Source: an uncultured Planctomycetaceae bacterium
GTDB taxonomy: Bacteria; Planctomycetota; Planctomycetia; Pirellulales; PALSA-1355
Length of the DNA: 64,000 nt
NCBI GenBank assembly: GCA_963785305.1
Contig: CAWAUV010000004.1
Location: forward strand, 534,800-598,799
Direction: 5' to 3'
Shown here piece by piece: positions 24,002-36,399 of the stretch (position 1 is the stretch's first letter; each line of letters starts with the position of its first letter). The notes under the pieces are model-generated. The model ran no database searches, was not told the DNA's origin, and saw only the letters and a program-made list of their open reading frames with translations. The translations under genes were made by a program, and so were the position numbers.

Positions 24002-24373
24002 ATGAGTGAAGTCCATCACGAGTGCGGCGTTGCCGCGGTGTATCATCTGCCCGGCGACGAGGTCAGCCCTTTGTGCCCGGCGCAAGGGCCCGGCGATGTT
24101 TCTCGGCTCATGCCGCGGATGTTGCTCGATATTCAAAATCGCGGCCAGCTCTCGGCCGGGCTCACCCGTTACAATCCCGACCGCAATCAACTGCTCGACA
24201 CCTTCAAGGACTTGGGCAGCGTGACCGAGGTTTTTCGCCTCAGTCATCGGGGCAAGTGCGAAAGCCTCATGCGGCGGTTCGCCGGGTCGGCGGCCATCGG
24301 CCATGTTCGCTATGCCACTTGCGGCGCCGAGGACCGCAACTATGCCCAGCCGTTCGAGCGGCGGCATGTACAA
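24002..24373 (+). CDS. purF: Amidophosphoribosyltransferase, N-terminal fragment truncated by the junction
   Basis: HHECGVAAV (Ntn-hydrolase Cys), [25 protein letters not shown]; the sequence switches to AT-rich DNA mid-gene. Confidence 0.85.
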
Positions 24374-27300
24374 TCTTAGCCTATCTAGCTTATTAAGAAA
24401 AGAGCTTCTTAGTAATTATAAAATACTTTAAAATATAGTAATTAGAATAGACTTTAAAGAAAGTATTCTAAAGGCCCTCTAGTTTAGTTCTCTATTTCTC
24501 TAGTACTCAAACTATAATAAGTATCTCCTTATTATATATATTATAATTAAGCTTTACCAGAAATATAGTTTTAGAAAAATAAGCTATAGAATACTAAAGG
24601 CCTATTTCTGGATCTTATTAAGAGAATAAGCTAGTAATTACTTCTTTAGATATATCTATTTCTATTATTATAGGCAGATCTGAATTATAGTAAGATTATA
24701 GCTTTCTTTAGGCAAGTAAAAGCCTCTTAGTATTACTCGAACTACTTAAAAAAAATATTCTTTTTTATAAATAAGGTAAGAGATCTAGTAATTTATTTAT
24801 ACTCTCTAATAAAATATTTATAAAAGTTATAGAAGCCGAAAAAGAACTATATACTCTTAACTATTTTAGGAATTACTAGTTATATATTACTTTAATTTTA
24901 TTAGGATTTACTTTAATACTAGATATAGAAATAATAAAGCCTAAATATTTTATATATATAACTTTAAATTCCGATTTCTTAATATTTACTTAGAGGCTAG
25001 TAAGATATAAATAATCTAGTACTTTTTATATATACTATTTATACTTTACTATATGCTCTAAATAAATAAGAATATTATTAAGGTATATTATATAAAAGTT
25101 ATCTAGATATTTAAAAAAAATATTATTTATATAATATTAATATATAGCCGGGCTATTTATAAGGCCTTTCTAGAGAATATTATATTTATATATTTTATAG
25201 CAGATATGAAATATTATTAGCTCCTAAAAGTTTGGGTTTATAGCTATATAATAGAAAGTTTAGTAGATATCTAATTTAATATAAATCTTAGCCTTAGATA
25301 ATTAACTTAAAGTCTTATTAATAAGGAAAAAAAGATATTAATTCTTCTAGGTAATATTATATAGATAATAAAAATTAATATAGAAATATAAACCTCTATT
25401 TACTTTCTTTATAAAAAGAACTAGTAAAGTAAAAGAAGCCTAACTAGCTTTAATAAAGCCTTTAGCTAGATTATTTTTCAAGAAATACTTGATTTCTAAA
25501 AGCTCTTAAGTAAATTATTACTAGAAGAATTAATATCTAATATTCTTAGTTCTCTTTAGGCCTTTAATTTGAATCTTATAATTATATAATCTATAGAAAA
25601 GAAGAATATCAGATTTCTTTTTAGAGAAAATAGAAGTATATTCCTTAAGTTCCGGAAATAATATTCTTTATAACTACTAAAGCTCTATTTCTTCTAGTTA
25701 TTTATTCTCTAGACCAGAAATAGCTTCTTTTTTCTGAGCTTTAAGCTTCTTATTAATCTCGTAAATAAAGATTTAACTAATAATATTATTTTTTCTCTAG
25801 CTATATAATTAAATATTATAAAAATAAAAATAGCTAGGTCTAATATTTATTCTTTATTAAGAACTTCTTTTTACTTTTTTAGCTTTTACTTAGATATTAT
25901 ATCTTAATTAGGCTATAGAAGCTCCTTTTCTATAGTCTTATATAATTCCCTCTAATTAGTCTAAAAAAAGAAAAACTACTTTAGAATAAAAGGTTTCCAG
26001 AAATAGCTTATAATAGAATCTTATTAATTAATATCTTTTTAATACTTTTTATTAGGTTACTTCTCTAGCTATTATTATAAAATACTAATAATATAACCGA
26101 ATTATATAGATTTAGGCTTATTCTTTAGCTATATAAGCCTATATCTTCTATAATTAACTAAAATATTAATATATATTACTTATTTTCTATTAAGGATAAT
26201 ATTATAATCTTTAAGATTTAGGATAATTATAAATATATTAATACTTTATTTATTAATTAGAAGTAAAACTTCTATATATTTCTTAATAAACTTAGCTAGC
26301 TTTTTATTAAAACTATATATAATATAGGATAAGAGAAAGAATTATAGTTCTATTTCTAAGAATTATTCTATAAGTTAAATAAGTTTTATATTAATAAAAG
26401 TATAAATATTAGTTCTAATATTAATAAGGAAAAAAGACTTAATTCCTAATTTATTTATATTAATAGTATAAGATATTATAAGAGTATTTTCTCTTATTAG
26501 ACAAGTTAAGTTAATCTCTATTAAATTCATATTATAAGTCTCTAAAGTAGAGACTTTCTTTAGAAATACTTGTTTCCCGGTTCTATATTAGAATTAGAGC
26601 TCGAATTCTTTAAATACTTTACTAGAATAATATATTCTAGTAAAATAAGAACTAAGCCTAGCTTAATTCTAGAAAGAGCTACCTTAATTTCCTTATTATA
26701 TAGAACCGGATAATATCTAGTATAGTAGCCAAACTTATTATAGTTATAGTATTTAATAATTAAGAGATCTTTAGTCTTTATAAGATATTACTTATATTTA
26801 TAAGAGGATATATATTTAATAAAAATAATTAATATAAGCTTCTTGAGCTTCTTTTTAGAAATATATTTCTTAAAAATATATAAGAATATAATACTAGAAG
26901 TAAACTTAATTAGGATAGCTCCTACTTTTTTATATTTCTTAGTCTTCTTATATATAGCTTTAATTTACTAATTATTAGTAATATAGTACTAAATAAAGCA
27001 AGTAGTATTAATAGAAGAATTATTATAGTATATATATACTAATTTCTAGAGCTTTAGTAAAAGCTTCTTATTTAGTTTATACTTAATATCTTAAAGACTA
27101 ATATTGCCTTCTATAAATAATTATAAAAAGAAAATATAAAACTCCTGAAATATTTAATTAAAGTATATTTAAAGCTTACTAAAGTTATAGTAAGTATTTT
27201 ATATCTTATTAGGGTTAGAATATAGCTTCTTTAGATAGAAATAGAACTTTAAGAGCTAATAGTACTAATTTGAACTATTTTTATTTATATAAGAGTTAGT

Positions 27301-28647
27301 TAGAATAAAAGTATTACTAGTAAGTTTACTAGAAATATAAATAATCTTAAGATTCTCTAAAAATAATAAATTAATATTTCCTTATAGCTTATTCTTAATC
27401 TGAACTAGCTAGTTATTAAAGATAATATAATCTCTAGTAAAGAAAGTTAGATCTAGAAGCTTAGTAATTCTAGTATTTCTAAAGAAAGTATAAGATATAA
27501 GAAATCTTAAATAGAAATAAATAAGAAATAGTTCGGAATTCTTTTAAAAGAGATTTAGAATAGCCGGAATAGCTAGAGTAAAAGTAATTAGAGCTATTAT
27601 AAGCTAATTTACTATAGCTATATAGTATTTAATATTATTCTTGAGCTTAATATTATAAAGTTTAGTATTTTCGAGAATAGCTTTATTATAACTATAAGTA
27701 TTCTTATATAAAATAGCTCTTTAGATATTCTTCCGGTAGCTTTTTATAATAATATTAATATCTGAGAATAAGAGATTAGGTTTTTTGGCCTATTTATATA
27801 ACTCTCTAATAATAATATAATCTTTAATCTCTAAAAGCTTTATAATAAAAGTAAAGAGTTCTATTTCTATAAACTTATTTATAAATTCTTTAGGAATACT
27901 AACGGGATATTTAGTTCGGAAAGAGCTACTAATAGAATAACCTGAACTAATAGAAGCTTTACTAAAAGCCTTAGTAGAAGTTAATATAATTTCTGGTTAT
28001 ATAGTATTCTAGGAAATTAACCTATTATACTTTTCCTCTATTATATCTTTCCTAATAGTCTCGTTACTAGTATATATATAGGGCCTATAATATTATAGAA
28101 TAGGGCTTAAAAGTAATAGTTAGATTACTAGCCTATAAGTACTTATTATTCTAGAACTTAATTAAAGAATAGTTTTTATTTGAGATTCTTTAATTTTCGG
28201 GTTTTCAGAAAGATTTTCTAATATATTACTAGTATATATTTATAAAAATATAAATTCCTAATTCCTCTAAGAATTCTAAAGCTTTTTGCTTTTATTATTC
28301 TAGAATTTATTACTTATATTTCTGAGGTTTTATTATTTTAGTAATATTTATATTATTAATAGTTCTAAATTAGTTTATTTGAAATTCTTTATAAGATTAA
28401 AAAAAGTAAGCTTTAAATACTATTATAGGTATAATATTTAGGGCTTAGAAAGTAAGATAAAAGGTCTCTTATAAAAATAATTTAAAGCTAAAGAAAGAAA
28501 AACTAAAATATAAGAGGCTATAAGGAAATATATATATCTTATAATATACTAGTCCTAAAAAGGCTTAGCCTTCTAAATATCTCTAGTATATTTCAAGTAT
28601 ATTTCCCTAGTAAGGTAGCTATATTATATATATCTAAAAAATATCTA
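24374..28647 (-). mobile_element. RIP-degraded Ty3/gypsy LTR retrotransposon (gag-pol part), host of the nested element
   Basis: Minus-strand relics: YLDNFYIIYLNNILIY (about 25,065-25,110; YLDD RT motif with G>A), ELLEIKYFLENNLAKGFIKAS (about 25,435-25,505), gag zinc-knuckle relic KYYNYNKFGYYTRYYP (about 26,705-26,760). Extreme TpA richness. Confidence 0.75.
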
Positions 28648-28950
28648 TATAATAGGCACACGTAATAGTATATAAATAAGTATTAGATATTATAAATCTA
28701 GTTTCCTATTTTAGGTATAGCTTATAATTAGAATTATATAAATTATATAAGATTTCCTAATTAAGTAAAGGGCTTTATATATCTGGCTAAGTACTAGGGA
28801 ATATATAGGGAGATACTTCTAGCTTTAGAAGAGGCATTAATTAGTCTCTTATTAGAATTAATTCTTGGAATTAGTTATATTTATAAGTATTATTCCATAG
28901 CTTACTTACCTTAACTACTTATATATTACCCTGCTATTACGTGCCTTATA
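28648..28950 (+). repeat. 5' LTR (303 bp)
   Basis: TATAATAGGCACACGTAATAG...CTATTACGTGCCTTATA; direct repeat of 35,338-35,640. TG..CA ends read TA..TA, as expected after RIP. Confidence 0.92.
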
Positions 28951-31900
28951 TTCTAATTAATCTAACCTTTAGGGAGCAGTTTATTACGAGGTAGTCAAGC
29001 TATTAATAGACAAAACCACTAATAGCTAGAGCATTAACTAGAAGAAGCGCCTCTGCTATTACTAGGGCAACCTAGTCAGGCATCCAGGGAAGCACCCAGT
29101 CAGCCACTCTAGCTACCGCCTAATTAGGAGAAGGGAGTAGAACTCAGATATCTCTAGAACTAGCTGGCAGGATAATAATAACAGAGAAGCTAGCGGCGGC
29201 TTATTATTACATTACTGAGTTAGAAGCAGAGATATAATAGAGGGAGAATCTGGAGAATTTAGAAGCTCAGATTTACTATCTTAAGGATATTCGGGCACCT
29301 ATCATGAAACCTATCGCGCCACCGGCGACACGTTTAGTTTGCAGGGCTCTAAAAACCCGAGAATTACTAACCTATAAGGGGAAGAGTATTAAGGAAGCCC
29401 AGGACTTCTTCTACTAGGTAAAGCTAAAATGGCGTGAAGATAGCGGGATTACCTGGGCCATAGATATAGTAAAGGTCACGTATTATGCTTCTTACTTTAA
29501 GAATATAGCCAGGAATATCTGGAAGTATAGGGAGTAATTAGTAGGCATTAATACTATGGATTAGGAGACCTTTATTAAGTTTATAAAGAATTTTATCTTA
29601 GATCCGGAAAACTATAGTAATAATACTCTTACTAAGTTCAAGAATATAAAATAGTAGCCAGGTTAGAGTATTTAAAGCTTCGTGTCTTACTTAGATAGCC
29701 TATTAGATAACTTGGGATATATAAGTTCGCCGCGAGAGCGGGATAACTTATTTAGTAGCTTAAGGCAAGAGATTTGGGACAAGATTAATTACTAAGGAAA
29801 TACTTTACGAGAAAGAAAGAAGCTTATTTCTGTGGCTATAAGAGTCAAGAATAACTTAAACTAGTTTACTTAATAGGAATATAATAATAAGCTAACGGGT
29901 TAATAAAAAAAAGGAAATTAGAGAAAGAAAAAAAGAAATAATAAAAGAAAACGGAAAAGAAATATATCCTTATTACGAGGTTTATATAACCGGGATAGTA
30001 AAAGCATAATAACGGGATCTAATATAGTACTTGTATTAGGATCTATAAGACCGGGTATAACTTATTTTACTTACTAGAAAGAGAATTACTATATTACTAC
30101 TTACCTAAATTGGAGAAAACCGACTTGCTATAACTATAATAAGTCTGGCTATAAAATATATAAGTATCTAGAACTAAAGAAGTCAGGAAATAGGCACGCC
30201 CCGTAATAGTTATACTCGTTTATATTATAGAGAGTAAGGCTCCTAAAACGAGAATAGTAATTAAGATTACTATTAAAATAAGAAAAAGTAAGTAAAGAAT
30301 TAGAATATTAGTTAACTCGAGTATAAAGGCTAATTATATAAAGAAGAAATTAGCCTTAAATATAAGTATTTTATTAATATTAAGAATAACTTCCTTATTT
30401 TTACTAGAAAAAAGAAGAATTTATTTATATAGAAATTATATTCTTGGGATTACTATTAAGAATATACTAAGAAACTAAAAGAAAGCTAATATATATTTTA
30501 TATTATATAATTTTAATCTAAACTATATTAATATAATACTTGAATTCCTATAGCTTTACTAGGTTAATTCTCTAATTTTCTTTAGAAAAGTAATATAAAG
30601 ATATTAGATTTAATTATAGAAAATTAAAGTTCTAAATATTAGGAAGTTTATTAAAGTAATAAAATATAAGGCATATGTTTTTCTATTAATTACTTATTTT
30701 ATAATAAATAGCTAAAGAATTATTATTATTATTATAAATAAGATAGCTATATTTTTCAGAAAATATTAGAACCTTTTCTAAGTATTTTTTATAGAGGCTA
30801 TAGGTATATTACCTAACTATTATATAATAAAGTATTATATAAATCTAGAACTAGGATTCTAATTATTATATAATCTTATATATACTTTATTAGAAAAGAA
30901 GCTTAAAGTTCTTTGGGAATATCTTAATACTAGCTTAGAGAAAAGATAAATTTATTATTTTACTAGCCTAGCTAGTACCCTAATTATATTTATTCTAAAG
31001 AAAAAAAATAGCTTATATTTATATATTAATTACTAGGATCTAAATAGAATTATTATTAAGAATTAAATACTATTATTACTTATTAGTGAGATAATAAATA
31101 GGCTTTATAAAGTAAAGATATATATAAAGCTAGACTTAAAAAATACTTATTATTAATTATAAATATAAGAAAATAATAAGTAAAAAATAATATTTTAAAT
31201 ATATTATAAATATTTTAAGTATTATATTATGTTTTTTAAATTATCTAATATTCTAGTAATATTTCAGGTATATATTAACTATATACTAGTAAGCTTTATA
31301 AATATTATTTATGTAATTTATCTAGATAATATTTTAATTTATTTAGAGAACCTAGAATAATATATAATAGTAGTCTAATATATACTCAAGTAATTATAAT
31401 AATACTAGCTCTTTATAAACTTAGTAAAATATAAGTTTAATATAAAAAAAATAGAATTCCTAAAATTTATAATTAGCCTAGATAATATAGAAATAAAGGC
31501 TAGCCGGGTTATAGCTATTAGAAAATAGCTGGCCCTAAAAAATAATATTTAAGAAATTCAAGTATTTCTAGGTTTTACTAACTTTTACTAAAAGTTTATT
31601 TATAAATACTTTAAAGTAATAAAAGAATTAACTAATTTACTAAAAACTAGTAGAAAACTACTATATTAGTTTAGCTAAATAAATAAGGTAAATAAGGCTT
31701 TTAGGGAGCTATAAATTATATTTATAATAATACTAATTCTTTATTATTTTGACCTAGTCTTAAAAATTTATATAAAAATAAATACTTTAGGATTTGTAAT
31801 TATAAATATAATTTCCTAGCTCTTTAGTAAGAAAACAGAAGCCAGGTAATATCCTATTACTTTTTATTTAAAAAAAATAACTATAATTAAAAGTAAGTAT

Positions 31901-34900
31901 AAGATGCATAATTCTAAATTCTTGGTTATTATTCTAGTATTTTATACTTAATAATATTACTTAATATATGCCCGGTATATTATTATTATTAAGATAAATT
32001 ATAATAACTTGAAATATTTTATAACTAAGAAAAAACTAAATAATTAATAAATAAGATAGGCAGAGAAGCTAGCTACCTTTAACTTTGTCTTAAAATACTG
32101 GCTAAAGTATAGTAATTCTGCTAATAGGCTATTAAAAAGGCTAAACTTTATAGTAAGTATAAATAAAAATACTTTATTACTTATATTTTATAATAAGCTA
32201 TAGAATATAGAATAGAGAACCCTATAAGTAATAGTAATAAGACGCTATATTATTCCTATAATACTATAATATAAGGCCTAGAAAAAAGGAAATAGATATT
32301 CCTTAATTAATAAGATATTAAGAAATTCTAAAAAAGAAGTTTATTTTAGTAATAAAGTAATACCGGAAATACTATTACTTAAGCCTATTACTAGTATAGC
32401 TAGTTATAAATAATATATATTACGGATTCTAGCTATATAAGTAGCTAGATCTAAAATAGTATATAAGGAAAATAAAGAAATATTACTTAAACTACTATTA
32501 TAGTACTAAAGGCTCGACCTATTAATATAATACTAGTAATATAAATAGTTCTTAAAAGAAATCTTTACTAGAATTATTAAGACTTAAGAACTTAATATAT
32601 CTGGGTTATTAAGATATTAGGGTACTATTTATATATTAAATAAGCTAGCTCTCAAAGAAAAATTACTATAAGCTAACTATAATAATCCTATAAATAGGTA
32701 TTTTAGTACTAGTAAGATACTAGAGATCCTTTAGAAAAAGTATTTCTAGTAAAATATAAGAAAGGATATAAAAAACTATATTAGAACTTGTTTTATATAT
32801 TAATAAACTAAGATAAAAAGATATCTATTATATAATATACTTAGTTTATTCTTTCTTTTTTTTAAGCTATAGCAAGAAATTACTATAGACTTTATTACGG
32901 GGCTGCTTTTTTCTAGGTTTCATAGCAAAATATATAATTCTATACTTATTATTATTAATAAATATATAAAAATAGTATAATATATTTCAATTACTAAAAA
33001 GATCTTGGCTCCTAAGCTAGTAAAGCTATTTATATATTATATTATTAAAAACTTTAGTATGCCTATAGGCATAATCTCTAATAAAGAATTTATTTTTATA
33101 AGTAAGTTCTAGTTAAGTTTATATTTCTACTTAAAGGTTTAATAATAGCTAAGTATAATATTTTACTCGCAAACTAATAAATAAATAAAGAATCTAAACT
33201 AAACTCTAAAATAATATTTGAGGTACTATACTAGTTATTAGTAAGATAATTAGGTAATAAAGCTTATTCTTATAAAATTCACATATAATAACTTTATATA
33301 TTTAATAATAGAAATATTCCTATTTTATGTCTTATATAGATTCTATCCTAGTATTAAACTATATATTAAGAATAATATTTCAGAAAAAAAGGCACTAGTA
33401 ATATAAGAAAGAATATAAAGAATTTAAGTAAAATAGGAAGTATTAGAAAAATAATAATAAGAAGTAATAAATATATAGAAAAAGTACTATAATAAGAAAT
33501 ATATTAATAAGAAGTTTAAGATATATAATAAAGTTATGCTTTATATAAAGAATATTTAATAGCTATAACCTAGTATAAAGCTAGTAAATAAATATCTCGG
33601 TTTCTTTAAAATTCTAGAAATTATAGGAATATATAAATAGGTATATTACTTAAAATTACTACTATTATATTAGATTCATAATATTTTTTATATTTCTTTC
33701 TTAAAACTATAATACTTGCGAGCTAGTATTATAATAGAACTAGAGCTAGTTAAGATTAAGAGTAAAGAGGAATTCGAGGTAAAATTTATTATAGCCTATA
33801 AAAAAGGCAAAAAAGAAAGGAAGTATCTTATTTATTAGAAGAGCTACTTACTAGTAAATAATATATAAGAATTACTAAGTAATCTAGAGAATATAGCTTA
33901 AGAATTATAAAAATACTTAGAAAAAAATAATATTATAATATTATTAACTAAATAGAGGCATAAAAAATAAATGTTTTTATTAGGAAACTATTAAAAAATT
34001 ATATATTTATTCTTAGAAAAATCATATAAAAATTATTAAAAACTCTAATTTCTATATCTTATAAATACTTTATTCTCGTAATTACTTTTTATTATTCTTA
34101 TTATTATTTTTATTAGAATTCTCTCGAGAAATAGGTAATAAATTAGCTTATAAAGCTATTAGCTATTAGTAAGAAATAAGAAAAAAGTAAGCTTACTTAA
34201 TACTAAAAAATATTAACTATATTATTAAGAGTACTTTATACTTGCGCTAAGCTAGTAAGAATTACTTAACTTATTTCTTAGATTATTAGGGGAATTTATT
34301 AGCCTCGAATAATAGCTTTAATATGAGAAATATATATAGTTTAATATAGAAAAAGAGTAATAATAGCCTTTTTTCTTTTGGGTAAAGAATAGGGAAAATA
34401 CTTGTATGTATTAATAGCTTAAAGAAAGTAGTTTAATTATACTATATATACTTAAGAAATCTTAAATAATATTAGAATAAGAAATAAAAGAAGGAATTTA
34501 TAACTTATAGGATTATATTTCTTATTCTTAAAATAGTAGTAATTATATATTAAGTAATTATTACTCTTAATATAAGTAAGGTTAGGAAACTTAGTAATAT
34601 TCTTAGAATATTAAAGATAATAAAGGCAAATTAAGGATATGAGAGTATTAGCTAAATAAGTAGTAATAGGCTAATAAGTACTAAGAGAAGTATTTATCTT
34701 AATAAATAAAGAAGTAGAAGAGGGAATTAGAAAGAGACTTAAATAAAACTTAAATAAGGCTTAAAGAAGCTTAAAGAAGCTTAAAGAAAGCTTAAAGAAA
34801 GAAGGCAAGAAATAAAAAGAAGCTAGGTATAATATTATAATTAAGGAAAAAAAAGATTAATTAGTAGGAAAAGAAAGGTCTTTTTATAATACTTTTTTCC

Positions 34901-35337
34901 CGAATAGTAATTACGAATTTGGAACCGGCTCTATATTAGGAATACCCAGAAAATTCTAAAGAAGAAATTTATAAATAAATTAGAAGATTAAATTAACTTT
35001 TCTAAGCTCTTAGGCCTATAAAGTAATAATTTATTCACGAATAAAGGCTAAGTTAGAATTCACGAACTAATTAGGAAATTAGATAAGCTTTATATCTAAT
35101 AATATATATTATATTTGTATTATCTTTATAAGAGGGAATTACTAGAGATAATTTACGAACTAGCTAGGAAGAGTTAGTAAACTATATTCTTAATTTTATT
35201 ACCTGGCGTAATAATAGAGTAATTATAGGAAGTCTTTAGGAAAAGCTAGTAGCTAGGAAAGTTTTAGGGAGATATTTATAAAGCTATTTGTAATTTTCCC
35301 AGGCCTCTTGGAAATAAGGGCCTAGAAAGGGAATTAA

Positions 35338-35640
35338 TATAATAGGCACACATAATAGTGCATAAATAGGTATTAGATATCGTGGATCTAGTTTCCTATT
35401 TTAGGTATAGCTTATAATTAGAATTATATGAATTATATAGGATTTCCTAATTAAGTAAAGGGCTTTATATGCCTAGCTAAGTACTAGGAAATATATAGGG
35501 AGATATTTCTAGCTTTAGAAGGGGCATTAATTAGTTTCTTATTAGAATTAATTCTTGGAATTAGTTATATTTGCAAGTATTACTTTATAGCTTACTTATC
35601 TTAACTACTTATATATTATTCTACTATTACGTGTTTTATA
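35338..35640 (+). repeat. 3' LTR (303 bp)
   Basis: Same length as the 5' LTR; the differences I checked are transitions. Confidence 0.92.
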
Positions 35641-35880
35641 ATCTAGTATCTAGTAAAATATCTCAGATATTAGATATCTGGAAATTATAATAAATATTTC
35701 CTTTTTTAGATATTTATTTCGGATTTAGGAATAAGCTTTTTTACTAAAACTAATATTACCTTTATTCTAGTTTTTATTATAACTAAAAATAATATATAAA
35801 TTAATAATATAACTTTATTTCCGAATACTAAAGTTTATTTCTAATTAAGATCTAATTTATATTATTTTAATATAATTTTT

Positions 35881-36080
35881 CTTATTTTTTTTCTTTTATT
35901 TTTTTTCTTTTATTTTTTTTCTTTTATTTTTTTTCTTTTATTTTTTTTCTTTTATTTTTTTTCTTTTATTTTTTTTCTTTTATTTTTTTTCTTTTATTTT
36001 TTTTCTTTTATTTTTTTTCTTTTATTTTTTTTCTTTTATTTTTTTTATTTTGTTTTTTTTCTTTTATTTTTTTTATTTTT
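35881..36080. repeat. 14-bp tandem repeat (CTTTTATTTTTTTT)n, about 14 copies
   Basis: C recurs at 35,893, 35,907, 35,921, 35,935 and onward. Confidence 0.9.
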
Positions 36081-36399
36081 ATAATTAGCCTCTATTTCTA
36101 TTATTTCTATATATTTTACTAGTAATTATATCTTATAACTAACTTATATTTAAATTACTAGATATATCAGAAATTAATATAAGATACTAAGATTAATACT
36201 TATATATCCTTAATATTTTAGCCTTAGGCTTAAAATATTATAATAATTCTTTTTTTCCCTAATTTACTAAGCTTAATAATTCGCCTTATAAATATTTTTT
36301 AGAACTTTATAAGAGTATTACCTTAATTATAAATTAAGAAATTATAAGTTTAATTCCTATATTACTTATTATAAAATATATAAAAAGAAAACTATAATA

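Larger units (their letters stand above)
28648..35640 (+). mobile_element. Full-length RIP-degraded Ty3/gypsy (chromovirus-type) LTR retrotransposon, 6,993 bp, with ATCTA target-site duplication
   Basis: Paired 303-bp LTRs; ATCTA at 28,643-28,647 and 35,641-35,645; two zinc-knuckle relics at about 30,060-30,170; RT VIYLDNILIY at about 31,313; integrase QEITIDFITGL at about 32,872; chromodomain EEFEVKFI at about 33,767; purine-rich AGAAAGGGAA just before the 3' LTR. Confidence 0.92.

Noticed and set aside
1240..24396. Numerous Arg/Pro/Ala-rich overlapping ORFs in the bacterial half
   Set aside because: Off-frame products expected in high-GC DNA; no motifs beyond the frameshifted pieces already assigned.
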